In this document: piece by piece, positions 51,012-64,000 of the stretch
Layout: the number at the start of each line of letters is the position of its first letter
Position numbering within the stretch: the first letter of the stretch is position 1
Source: Antedon mediterranea
Lineage: Eukaryota; Animalia; Echinodermata
DNA length: 64,000 nucleotides
Reading direction: 5' to 3'
Assembly (NCBI RefSeq): GCF_964355755.1
Contig: NC_092679.1
Location: 7,098,201 to 7,162,200 of the forward strand
Translations under genes and position numbers: made by a program
The notes under the pieces: generated by a model
The model's database searches: none
Told to the model about the DNA's origin: nothing
Seen by the model: the letters and a program-made list of their open reading frames with translations, nothing else

Positions 51012-53959
51012 ATGCCTTCAGAAGCCAGACTGTACATCGGGGACCTAAACCCTAGCGCCACAAAATCTGACGTAGAGCGTGAATTTGGCAAATATGGACA
51101 CTTGCGAGACATTTGGCTTGCACGCAATCCTCCAGGTTTTGCATTCATAGAGTTTGAGGACTCGAGAGATGCTGATGAAGCGTTGCGAAATTTAGACGGC
51201 AATTTAGTTCTCGGAACGCGTATTAAAGTAGAGCGGTCAAGAGGACGCAGTCGAGGTGGACGAGGCGGCGGAGGAAGGGGAGGACGCGGTGGGTTTGGAG
51301 GACGTGGAAGAGACCGGGATGGTCGTGGCGGAGGAAGAGGAAGGCCATCCTATGGTGGTGACTATGGTGGAGGAAATTATCGCCGCAATTACGATGAAGG
51401 TGGAGGCAGATCTCGCTATGGAGATTCATATTCGAACTTTGATTCGCGAGGACCACCAAGTTATCGCAGTCGATCGCCGCCGAGACGAAGGTATTATAAG
51501 CTAGATATAAGCTGTTGGTCTCTATGGCCTGTTTGAAGAAAGCGGGTCAGTTGTAGCGAAGTGTCAATAATGATAAATTGCTATTCAATGAAAGTGTTAA
51601 CAAGAGCGTTAACGTAAAGTGCATTGGTATAGCGAGTAATATTGTAACCCACTTTCATAGCCCCTCCCCAAATTCTCTAATCTAAGATTTTTATTTCAGT
51701 TCAACATCAAAGCAGGTACAGCAATCGCATCGCAGACAAAATAAATACCTTTATGTTTACAGCACGTCAATTCATCGTATTCGTTAAAACTACAGAAACT
51801 CATCGTTTGTCTTAGTGCACATTTTTTTTGTGTAAACTATTTTTTTTGGCCTAATAAAAATGTGTGGGTTGTATATTGATTAAATTCGCTTGCTGCCAAT
51901 GTAGATTGTGAGGAATTTGGTGTAGTAGCGTAATAATTCGCTAGTAAGTACCTGTGTTGCATATTGGAAAACGCAGCGAAGTCTAATTTGTTTTTGTTGA
52001 TTTAACATCGCCCTTCTATTTCAGCGAAAGAAGAAGTGAAGTATGTAGCTCGTGTAACGTAGTTCAATATCATGATTTTATAGCACACATTGTTGCAACA
52101 ACATATTTTAATATTTGAGAGCTGAAAATTAAATTCAATTAATTAAATTGTGTGTAATTGTAAGTCAGAGTGGTTTGCAAGAAGGTTATTAAACTTTCAG
52201 TCAATTTAATATTGGACAAAAACAGTAGTCAAAATGTAAAACGCAAGTGTACACATGCGCAACGCAATTAGATCTAATTACGCTCGGCCCAGCAATTGTA
52301 GCATTATTCAGATCTGGACTTATTAAAAGGTTATCAGAGCCGCTAATACCACCAGCAGCAAAAAGCACATTTTCTTCAAACAGTAGCGATCTAGTGCATT
52401 ACAAATTAAATATTTTAATCTTCGATGTTGAATGTTCATAGTAAGCAAATTGTAAAAATATCCTGTAATAATATTGGAATCATAATGCACTGTATTCTAC
52501 TACATTACGCAATATTCTCTACTGCTAATACACTACGCAATATTCTTACTGTTAATGCATTACGCAATATCTCTACCGCTAATACATTACGCAATATTCT
52601 CTAGCGTCAATACATTACGCAATATTCTCTAGCGTCAATACATTACGCAATACACTCTACCGTTAATACATTATGAAATACACTCTACCGTTAATACATT
52701 ACGCAATACACTCTATCGCAAAAACCATACTCTACAGTTAACAAAACGCAGTACCGTAATAGCTAGTGTAACGCTACAAATTCCTACTGTAAAAACCCAA
52801 AATTTTCCAAATTCCATGATGTTGACACATTTTTTCAACCTCGCATGTGGCATGCATATAAATGAGCAGAATCATTATGCAGAAGCAACTTAATTAATTC
52901 AGAGTTTAAATGACACCTGTAGTAAAGCACATCATTTATGCAATTCATATTTTCTCGCATCACAAATTATCATGCTACCTCAATTTGGAAGCAAAAATGT
53001 CAATGCGTGGTATGTAGTCTTTAATCGCATGAGATCAGAATTCTACACGCACTTAAGTACATGTCACATTGGAAGTTAAGTCTAAGTCATAAGATCGTAT
53101 CGCTAGGTTAGACTTCACTCAAATTGAGTAGCGAACAGCTTAAACAGGCAGTCTGTTAACGTGTGGCAACAATGGGTAAATGTTTATTTTCTTGTAGGAC
53201 AAGTTAACCCATTACTTTTCATTTCAGGTAGTTAAAGACTTCATCACTAGTAAATTGATTAAAACATCAATTTGAATTTACAGTACTATTACTTGAGACC
53301 ATTACACATTAAGTTGATTTTAATGGCACCAAACATAATAAGCTTCATTTATGACACTAACTAATGCTTTCATTTCTTATTGGTCATTTTTTTACAACAT
53401 ATTGAATTTCAAAACAGAGTGTACGTTTCTCCTTAGATTATCATTATTGTTTCCTTATTAAAAGGCTATCCCTCGGTTTAACATTGCTTTCCTATGGTGG
53501 CCCAGTTGAAAATTCATCTTTAATAAGCCCTTCAAAATCTGATAACCTGATGCATTTGATTGGTGGTTAAAAAACACTTCCTGTATTGCTATCATCACAA
53601 TGATCACAATGATATTAAACCAAAAAATGTCATTTTTGAATGCAATTTTTTATAGATCGCCACCACCTCCACCAAGAGGTAGAGACTATTATCCCAGAGA
53701 ATACCAACGAGAATACACTCGTGACTACGCCGCACCACAAGTATCGTAAGTATAAATATGCAGATGTGTAGTTTGCTCTCGAGACGTTTAATGTTTTTTC
53801 AAAAAAACTTTATTTTTAATACATAATTTATTTTTTCGTTTTAGTTCTTCACGTTACGATAGAGCAGCACCGTCCACATACGAACGAGGCTATGATCGCA
53901 GCTATGAACGAACTGCTTATGAAAGACCGGCTTACGATAGACCGCCAGTGCGGCGTTGA
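51012..53959 (+). CDS. SRSF3/RBP1-type RRM protein with a Gly/Arg-rich tail (RSF1-like)
   Basis: RRM with LYIGDL and RNPPGFAFIEFED; exons 51012-51490, 53656-53745 and 53845-53959 join in frame to ...RSRSPPRRRSPPPPPRGRDYY...YERPAYDRPPVRR*. Confidence 0.85.
52495..52745. repeat. ~28-bp minisatellite (AATACATTACGCAATATTCTCTACCGTT)
   Basis: About 8 tandem degenerate units in the long intron of the RRM gene. Confidence 0.85.
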
Positions 53960-55538
53960 ACCAGTCGTTGAATACCATTGACGTACAACGATTATTAATG
54001 CTAGTCATGGTATCCATTAAGAACCATACAAATGGCACTGCTGTAAATATAGAAAGTCGCCAAGTTCAATTGTTTTAAATTTTCTGGTGTTTTTAATGTA
54101 CTTACAGAATTATGTTTTTTTTTAATTTGAGAGGGAGGAGTTGATAAAAAAAGATTGAGTATTCCTAAGCTTCTATTGGCTACTTTTATCCTTCCAGTAT
54201 ACCACTTTTATATCGCCTAGCAGACCTTATGAGTTTAGACACACATGATGTCAACACCAACATTTTCTATGGTGTATGTAAAAATGGAATACAAAGGTGT
54301 TCTCTCCAATAATTTACTATGTTATGCTAGGGATGGGATATTCCGAATTTGTGCTTTTCTGTTCTTTAGACTTTTATAACTTGTAATTATCTGTAAGCTA
54401 CATAATCATTGTGCTGTACATCATGCTGACAGTATGGAATAAATAACTTTTTGTGAATTTGTTATAAAAAAAAAAGTAGTTTGTTTGGTTTATTAGTACC
54501 TGTAGTATGAATTGAATTACTTGAACAGTGCAAACAAGTGCTCTCTATTGGTTTGCTATCGCATTTTTTTTCTCGATTGTCGTATTCGATTGGAAACTTT
54601 CGTTGTCAACGTAAAGATTCGTTGAGTACTTTTTGTATTCGAATTGTAAATTTGTGCTCAACAGAAAGTCATTCGAATAGAAAACGTTGACAATCTCAAC
54701 GCACAAAATACTCCGTTAAAGAAGTACTCAACGGAAAAACTGTACTCAATGGTGAAAGTCTAAATCGAATACGACAATTTATTCTGTGTAGTGTACGGAG
54801 GACGGGCAAGTGATTATGTCTTGAGAGAATGTCCAAACAAAATCGAAGAATGATAATAAAAATATACAGTATTCTGTTATTGAAATGATTTTTTAAAAGA
54901 TGTATTCCCAAAAACATGAAAAATGAAGATTAATAAAATCCCACTTTTTTAAAAAAAGTTATTCACTTCTGTAAAAAAAAAAATATTTCACATATAAAAA
55001 GACAAAAGAAACCTTTAATTTTTTCAGGTAAATAATTTGTTTTCCAATCCAGTTTTTGTCCATGTGAGCATGGAGGTACCTCCATGATGTGAGTAACTAT
55101 TATATAAAGTGGCATACTAAAAAAACATTATTTTAACAACCCCTTTCTTTGGATCCCGAATGTTAAATAGGACAAAGGTAAAGGTACCACCAAAACCACT
55201 GACTCGTTGCGCTTGAGTGATCACAGAGAAACACTTCCGCTTCCCTTTGTTTAGACAAGTAGAGATGTTATCATTTTCTATGAGCAAAGTCCAAACTGGA
55301 AATGGTTTATTTCCTATGTATATGTATGAGGTGATCAAAAAGTCGTTTTACAACATTCATCATACAGTACTGGTAGGACTAGGCCTACTACTTCACTATA
55401 AACAACAAACAGACTTGTGCTTTGTGTCGTTGGTGTGTGTGGTGGGATCTGGTGATTCATCTTTCACGCATGATTTGACGCTGAATAAGTAAATTCCATC
55501 ATCACCTTATTTTTAATCAGAAGGTCAATAACAACAGA

Positions 55539-58500
55539 ATGGCGGCGAATGCTGTGGAATCCCGGTACTCAATTGTGGAAATTATCCTCCTTATCCTGGC
55601 CTGTGGAGGAAATGTCGCTACTTTGACGTTTCTTGCGATGTCAAGGGTAAGTTATTTGGCAGAGTACATTTTTACAGACAGGATCGGATCGAGGTGGTGT
55701 GGTTTTGGGTCTTTCGATGTAAGAAGAGATGAGTGACATGAGACCGTTTCGTTAGTAGCACTAGCTAGTATAAGTAGTACTACAGTACAGTAGTAGAGTA
55801 TGACTGACGTAGTCTAGGCCTAACAAACTATATCTATCTTTAATATGATTATGATGTTAATAATTAAAACAGTCCTACCTATCTAGTCAGCAAAATCAAA
55901 TCAAATTAGATTAGCTCTGAAACAATTTTTTCCAAAATAAACACTTGTCTAGAGCGGCATGACTAAAACTAAATTATAATATTAATAAAGTACCTGTATG
56001 TGACATAATTGTGATACTTCCTGCTGTGCATATCATATAAGCCAAGGAGATAAATAATATTTTAATAATCTTTTCTTTAAAGCATGACTATGACGGATCG
56101 TGTCTATTGTTTGCTGATATCCAGGTCATGTCAAAGAATGCCGCCATCTTTCACTCCAGTAAATGTCGCTTTCCAGTCAGTGTTCATATCGCCGCATTTT
56201 TCTACGCTGCTTTTTGTATAGCCTACTGGCTGTACAAATTAATACGTGGACGTGAAGGCTCGTATGTATCATTATTTTTGTTTAATAATAAATGTCTGTT
56301 TAATCTTCTTGTGAATAATCTCATCCTCTCCGGCATTGGGTTCATTATGTGTCATCACTACGCTATAATTGTTTAGCAACTTTCCTCTTATTGTTTGGTT
56401 GCCAACTTTTATTTTTGAGCTGTTTCTCTTTTTATTGCCAGGTCTTGGTTTTGATGTCCTATAGGAAATGAGTAATAGTAGCATCCTTAACAAAACCATA
56501 TTGTGTGGAGTTTTCTATAAAACCTTATTTCTAATACATTGCTGAATATTATTCAATTATTCCTTTCACTTCACTAACTTCACTAATTACATTGTGTTTG
56601 CTCTTTAAACCTGTGCAATAATAAGTTTTCTTTTTCTGGAAATCTTGCACATTAATTTGGTCAGGTGACTTCATAATACATTTATTAACATTGGAACAAG
56701 CTATAAATCATACGTACCACAGTAAAAAATTGTGGTTCAGTATATACTTGGAAAAAAAAATGTTTATTATCAGACAAATAAAACTGTGACTAAATTATAT
56801 ATTTTGTATATCAAATTTTAAAAATGATAATTAAATTTGTTTTTGTTTCTATGCCTAACCTTGTATTGCATTGTACATGGCTTGTGTTTTTAAGTATCAG
56901 GAAATGAAATGTCATTTAAATCCTATATTGCTGTCAGACAACAAAGTTATACACTATCAAACGTTATGTGACAAAAAAATGCAATGTGCCAATATATGGA
57001 CATGATAATGTCATATCACTACCATATTTGGGCATATCACTACCATGTTCGGCGGGCACATCACATTTTTTTGTCAAACTAGTTTAATAATGTAGGCCTA
57101 GACAGAGCTTTAGATTGATTGTTTGATAGCTATGCTGATTATTTTCAATTGATTTACTGCTTATGTTTTTGTGAATCAGTTGACAATTATTCTTTCGTTC
57201 AATTGTAATGTTATCTTTATTCATTTTACAGGCAATTTCTTAAAATAGCAAGTATTTTTGCCTATGGCATTTTAAGTGTTTTACTGTTCATTGTTTCTAT
57301 ATTGATAACAATGGGATTGAAGAGTTTGTGCGATGAAATACATGGAGTGGCGCCAATTAGTCTTCCTCAGTAAGTGATCACCAGCATTTCTACATCCTCA
57401 TTTCATTTTTTAGTACAGTACTTAGTTTACTAAGCTAACCATTAAAATTTAGCCTTTGAAATCTAGCCCAGCTCATACCTAGACCTAGTCCAGCTCATAT
57501 CTAGATTATTCAAATCAAATTGATTTCATACGTAATGTAAATATGTAACAGCTTCACATATATAATACTAGTGTCACATGTGATACCAATGTGACATAGA
57601 GAGAATTGGCAAGTGACAATCTGTGTTGTTGAATTTTAAATAAAATTTAATAATATACTGTTAGATTAACAATCATTTTTTCTTTACTATATCTCATGTA
57701 ACTCTAAAAACATAAATTAAACAAACAATTCTATGATTCATATTTACATGACTAATTGTTAGACAAACAGATATGTCTTGTAATTTGATAATACCATTAT
57801 AACTACACAGTGCCAAGTAATTATATTTAATGACCTTTATACTCATTGCCATACAATTACACTGGGTCTGTTTCTGATGCATAACGCAAATTAACTGTTT
57901 ATTATAAAATGGATTAAAAATAACAAGACTGCATTTCTGCTCAATTTGTGCTTTGAAATAACTGGTTAAATCAATGGGTGGTCGTTGACAAAAATTGTTA
58001 AAATTACCCAAAATGCAATTGGTCCTGGCGGTTACTGCCATGTAGTTGAACCATTATTTTGTGTTGCAGCAATAACCGGTTAAATGGGGTTCTAACACCG
58101 AATTAAATTGGTCTTTTTAACCGGTTATTTTGCGCTGCCTTTTAACCGGTTACCACAAATTTGTCCTGTTTCTGCTCCTAAGAAAATGGAGTTAATTTAT
58201 TCACTTTATACAGCAAAACAGCCCCACATTGTAGCAAAAACTATAGCAAGGCAATTTCCATTGACTATATTATAGTTAAACTGTTCATTGTATTATAACT
58301 GCATATTTGTATATAAATGTCTTGAAGTATAAACAAAATTGTATGAATTTTTTTCTGATTTTATTTTGCCTTACAGTTGTAGAGATTATCAGACATTTGG
58401 GGATATTTTTAAAAACCCAGGACTGAAACGCTTTTACGATATTCTGAACGATGCACAGGTACAGTAAAACAATAAACAGACATGCCTGCTTATTATGTAA

Positions 58501-58922
58501 GCACCTACTTAACATAAACATGTCTTCACTATCTATGCCAGTAAATCGTGACCAGCCAGAGCATTTTATCAGTATACTATATAAGAAATCCATATAGTAA
58601 TAATATTGTTTTGTACGTACTTAACATTAAAATATATCTAAAATTTTTCCAAATAATTAGACGTTATAACCACGTCATTATTGCACTATAAAAGCTTGAT
58701 GAAAGTCTTTAGACATCAGTTTAAATTGGTTAATTTGTTGATGCATTATTATTACCTATTAATTGTTTTAATATTTGTTTATCTATTTAGATTGCATCAT
58801 GGGTTGCATTTAGCATTTGGTTTGCCGTTGCCGTGTTGAGTGCCACTCGATGTTACGCCAGAAAAAATGTGCACAGTGATAATAAAAGAAAAGGAGAATA
58901 TAAAAAACCAGTCGATGTATAA
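55539..58922 (+). CDS. TMEM179-family paralog B
   Basis: Exons 55539-55646, 56083-56261, 57232-57369, 58377-58458, 58791-58922 with the same phases (0,2,2,0) as paralog A; YDGSCLLFA, SKCRF, GLKSLC, FYDILNDAQIASW...IW. Confidence 0.82.
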
Positions 58923-61396
58923 ACAGAAGCAGGTCTCTGTAAGCAATTATTCTGTGTTCACAGAAGATACATACATTGTAGATACATATTACTGTATAAA
59001 AAACTTAGCTGTAAAATTGGACCACAGACTAGTGCCAAATGATTACCGTTTGATGTTGGTATGTTCAAATAGATCATACAGTACTCAATTGATATGAACA
59101 AAGTGAATGTCTCTTACTGGTGCTTTACCATGAAGTAGGTGTAGTTTTTATACTTCCAAATAGTGTTGACTCCAGAGGGCGGTATAGTAATTTCTACAGC
59201 TGGAGATCAAGAATGAAATACATAATATTTAATTTTCGCCACCATTTTTAATAGGCCATATTATTTTGCTTTTAAGTTGCAATTTTCCATGCCAACTAAG
59301 TACATTTTTAGAAAGTTGACCTTTACTAATAATAGTAGATTTACTGTTCATAAATTGAGAGCTATTAACAGATTTTTAACCTTTTTATTAGTAATTAAAA
59401 ATGATTAAATTATTAATTTACGTAATGAATCATGATGCTTATAAAAATGGTACTTTAACAAAGACGTTAAATACTGCTAATATCCTAGTTACTTAATTTT
59501 ATATGAAATTTATATATACTTTGTGCTAATTAGTGACTTTAGGCAAGTGCTAGATTTTTTACCAATTACTTAAATATTAAAAATAGAGAAATTAGTTGAA
59601 ACTTAGTCTAAACTAATTGCATAATTACTGCTTAACTTTCAGTATTTTAAAATTATTAATATAATGTAAATATTATAAAATTGTAATATATTAGTGTTTT
59701 TCTTCAATTCAGTGTTTGTAATTTGCATATTTTTGTTGATGTAATAATTGATTCTAGGATTTCGAATTCTATGTTGATACTTAATGTTACTGCCATCAAG
59801 TAAAATATAATATATTTGTATCTTGTTCATCCTATACTTTCGTAACAGTGTTTTATTTATGCATTTCGTGCGTTTCATAATTGATTGGTTATCGGCGCGC
59901 CATACACACTTTATATCTCACAAATCGTACGTTGGTGGCGTAGATTTCTCCAAGTTCCTCAGTTCCATTTGGTGCACTTACTGTTGAGTGTATGTTAGCC
60001 AATGCGTAATAATCATTTTTAATTCGACTGACTACAAAATAGAATTATGCTTCACGGACGGAATTTATTAAAATATATAGAAACTCAAAACTAATTTTAA
60101 TTAAAAAATCTAAACAAAGATGTTGCTGCAACAAAACAAAACTTAACATTAACTTGTATACATGTAGCATTAGGCTCTCAATTACAGGTAACATATAACA
60201 TATTATTCAAATTTGTTCTAAAGTATGTTAATACCAAACTGCGAAAAACATGTAATAATCTAATTAGCATATTATAATCAGTAGGGCTATATAATTGGCA
60301 GTCAAAAACCCTAGTATCTGCATTCTTATGAAATCGAAATTATCAAAACGTATTACTGTATATGTGACGTCATTATCAAAATTAATATATTAGCAGTTAC
60401 ATAAATAACATTAACTGTATTATAAGTTGTTTTGTTTTAAATATCGTAACAAATTAAATTAATTAAATACGTTACATGATTACGTCATTATTAAAGTAAT
60501 TTTAATTGCATACTCAAAAGTTGTAAAAGCAGCTGTGCGTTTGGGACGGAATTCAGCAGCTATTCAATAGAAAAAGCACCATTTGTAGTGGTATAGAGGG
60601 TAATGACATCATAAAGTGGAAAAAAGTTTTTGCATAGTTGATATTTCTATCATGTGCGTTGTGACATGTAGCCTATATTCAGGCGTTCTTACTAAGCTAG
60701 TCCTTTTCATTTAGCCGCAAGCTTAGTCTTCATAGGATAGTATCCTTCGTTTTAGAATTGTAAAATATTTGAGGAATTATGGGTACTACGTCACCATTTT
60801 ACCTCTATGCTATATCATGGATTTCTATTCCTTAATCCATGGCTGTATCTAAAACGCTTAACTTACGAATACAAAGCGAAGAACGTTAGGTGAGTAACCC
60901 TGTCAATATATTACTAATTTTAAATCAAATTTCCTGCATGCACTGATCAAGTTTGTTTTATCAGAGAATGGGTATTTACTACATTCTCAAAAATATAAAA
61001 CTTACTCCGACATATTTCTGATGAATAAAAGCTAGAGGTAAACAAAGATATCGGAATGAAAGCAGGTGCCGAATTCAGGCCAATTACTATAACTAAAATG
61101 TGGTAGCTGCGCCCGAAAAAAAAACTAAATTCATAGCAAGCTATGAAGTAGCCTAGCTGCTTTAGATATTTGTAAACTATTTCACAGTTTCACCGTTAAG
61201 GATCATAAACATCTCTTGAATGGTTTAGTTAGGAGGTCAGTTAACGTCGCTTAAGCTAACTATATACAGCTGCGCCCGACACAAACATTAGCCTACAGCA
61301 TTTGTTTATTTTAAACATTTTCGTCTTAGGGGTGGGCTACTTTAAGACGCGGTACATTGGTAGTATTATAGCAAGCCATATGAAGCTGCTTATTTT

Positions 61397-63635
61397 TTAA
61401 ACATTTACAGTTTCCCCGCCGTTAAGGATCATAAACATCCCTTGCTTGTTTAGTAGGTTCTCCTTATCTTCTGGTGAGGTTGCCTCGTCCGCCGTCTGCT
61501 GCCCGTTAATATGACTGATCGTTATACCGTTGACGTCATCAGTTTTATCATTCTGGAAGCCACAGTTTGGACAAGAGTCTGGAAAGTGTTTCTGTGCGTT
61601 CAACATAATTTTGTTTTTCACTTGTTGAAGGCTTTCTTCATTCCCGATTCGCGTTCGGAAATACACTCGGGCCATGATGAAGAAAAAGAACATCTCCGTG
61701 ATAATCAACATGTCATTTACGTCTGTGTAAAGAAAAAACATAAACAGTTAGATATTGTATGGTTTGTAGTCGTTCTCCTGTCTCGACAGTCATCGTTATC
61801 GACAGTCGTCGTTGGCAATCGGGTTTATCGATTAAATGGCTAGCTTTCGTTCTTCGTTTTGGCAAGGTTTTCGGACAGTACGGTAGTTTTGAGATGACGG
61901 TACATAGAAGCAGTCACGGCCTATAAACTACAGTATATTTCGAAACGAAATTTAGAAACGAAAGCTCGTCATTGTAGTTGTTACTTGATTAATCGGATAA
62001 ACTTACAATTTGCTCTTGTTTGTGACTTGAACGGTGGTGTACACGGAATGACGTCAACGAGAACCAAGAGCGCCAAGAAGATCGTCTGCCCATTTGTCAA
62101 GATCAAGGCAATCTGGATGGCTAGAAACTTGGGAGTGATTCTGAAATCCTGCAGAGGTTCCCGTGACGCCCTGAAGATCATGACGATGCCGTATATAGCG
62201 ATGAACGTAGAAGAGAAGGAGATGAGTTGAATGTACAGAAACGCCTCGTCAAACGCCAACTAAAATTAAATGTTAGAATAATTATCAATAAAAACTATTC
62301 TCAAACCTATAGTTTATAAAGTTAGAAGTACATTTGCTATTTAGTTTTAGAGAGAACAGTATGTATGTAATTATCTTTACATATTTTTTTTATATTATTA
62401 AGGTTTTATTTTGAGTGATAAAACAACGTACCTTTGGTCTGTAAGACCCATTCGCCCACAAGACGGACGCGACAAACAGTGCGATAGGTCGTACGAATGC
62501 GACTTGTAACACCAATCGCTTTACCCATCGTAAGTTCTTTCTAGAAAATGAACAAATAGGAATAATTTCGAGTTTCGAGTACTAGTGTGATATGGAACGC
62601 CGTTACTGCCTTCTTCGGGTAAAGAGTGCATAATTCCGAGTTAACGCCATCGACTTAAATTGTGAAATTTGTCCAGTTATTGTCTTAAAAGACACGTGAC
62701 TGATCGATTTATCAATGACAATCTGAACCCGATATTGGTTAACTGATTCATTTATAAACATTTATAATCTATACTTACTCATTGACATCCATCTTTGGTA
62801 GGCATGGGCAGCAACACGTGAGAGGGGGACTTGCTAGCGGTAGCTTTTGATCTTTTAAAACCTCTATTACGTACATCTTTCCGCCGTAAAAGTCGAAAAC
62901 CAGCATCAGAAATTGGAACATCGCCACTGAAAAGAAACTATGCAAAGGAAAATAACAGTAAGCAAAAGTATCAGTATAGTTTTTTTAAAGTCAGAAGTCT
63001 GTCAGTTTTAAAGTCCCGAACGGCGCCCCGTACTTTTGTGAGGGTAAGAGACGGTTAAAATAAGTGCGTACTTACATAGAGCCTGTAAAACTGCACAGCA
63101 AATGAGCGGCTGGAACGTACAGAGCAATTAGTGAGGTACCGGATAAAACCTAAACAGATTTAATTGACCATGTTATAGTATTTATGTCTCAAATTTCTTG
63201 TCTAACATTTAGTCATGCACACACAATGCATACTTAAGTACACCGATATTTTAGTAATGACTGGATTCGAAAGTCGAACACTAATTATATCAAATATATT
63301 TAGAGAGTGAGTATGCCTATTGGTGATACCTAAACAATACAATAATATAGGTACAGTATAATTTAAAATACATTATATTTACTAAACGGTGTACTGGCAG
63401 ACTAATTTCAATGTTTGCGTTTTGAAAACAAATTTTAATTTACTAATTGGTATTATTATTATTGTAAAACTTACAGGATAAATTCCCAGAATACAAAGTA
63501 GACGAACTCTGCGTCGACTACTTGCTATCTTTTGATTAATATACATACTGGACTCCAAGTACAGAAACATAGTGGTAAATGACATTAATGTTAAGGTTAT
63601 TAATGTCAATAATGACCCTGTATCATTAGCAAATT
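61397..63635 (-). CDS. SLC51A: Organic solute transporter alpha-like protein (5' partial)
   Basis: Exons 63635-63475, ~63150-63077, 62937-62779, ~62540-62432, ~62258-62008 and 61722-61397; ILGIYPV, YGG, SPPLTCCCPCLP Cys cluster, VLQVAFVRP, PKFLAIQ. The first exon was not found in the window. Confidence 0.85.
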
Positions 63636-64000
63636 CTAAAAAAAGAACATACAAATATTAATGTACACACTAAATAGCGTTATTTAGTATTATTGTCACT
63701 TTGAACTTTGTGACTTGCAATAAAACAAGAACTATTATGGCTGCTATCGCGTGCACAAATTTGAGACATAGTGAGCTAATACATCAACGGTTATTTTATA
63801 ATGATCGAGATTTACTGTATTTATAATTTGAGTAAATAAGTTATTTATCTTGCATCATCCCAGTTCTTTCTATAATAATTCATAACATAGATTCCATTTT
63901 TTTCAGCAGGGTCAAATTTACGATATCCACCTCTGGGCAAATATCTTGTCGGGTTGCCACGACAACAAAGGTCATTGCTATGGTACGATAATTTTTGCCG

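Noticed and set aside
62779-62937. Possible frameshift in an OSTalpha-like exon
   Set aside because: A recount gives a continuous frame (YGGKMYVIEVLKDQKLPLASPPLTCCCPCLP).
63847-63990. Candidate first exon of the OSTalpha-like gene
   Set aside because: No in-frame ATG with a suitable phase-1 GT donor was found; left unresolved.

Overview
AT-rich, intron-containing animal genomic DNA; gene structures and repeat types suggest an invertebrate, possibly an echinoderm-like deuterostome (inference only). Host genes: HEATR5B (+, ~32 coding exons), an RDH11/12/13-type short-chain dehydrogenase (-), two TMEM179-family paralogs (+), CRIPT (-) head-to-head with an RSF1/SRSF3-like RRM gene (+), and a 5'-partial OSTalpha/SLC51A-like gene (-). 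Mobile DNA: an intact PHD-APE-RT LINE, a head-to-tail trimer of Helentron-type non-autonomous elements, a 4.8-kb Academ-type element, paired Kolobok-type MITEs, piggyBac/hAT/Harbinger-type MITEs, SINE and LINE remnants, and a Penelope-like pLTR with a minimal hammerhead ribozyme. Best leads: (1) the first TMEM179 gene has two homologous, in-phase alternative last exons giving different TM4 and cytosolic tails; (2) the Academ element's 2.6-kb minisatellite appears to be an amplified 10-codon motif of its own decayed ORF; (3) candidate 16-nt poison microexons in the RSF1-like gene; (4) the intronic hammerhead. All family assignments are by eye and from recalled motifs; no searches were run.
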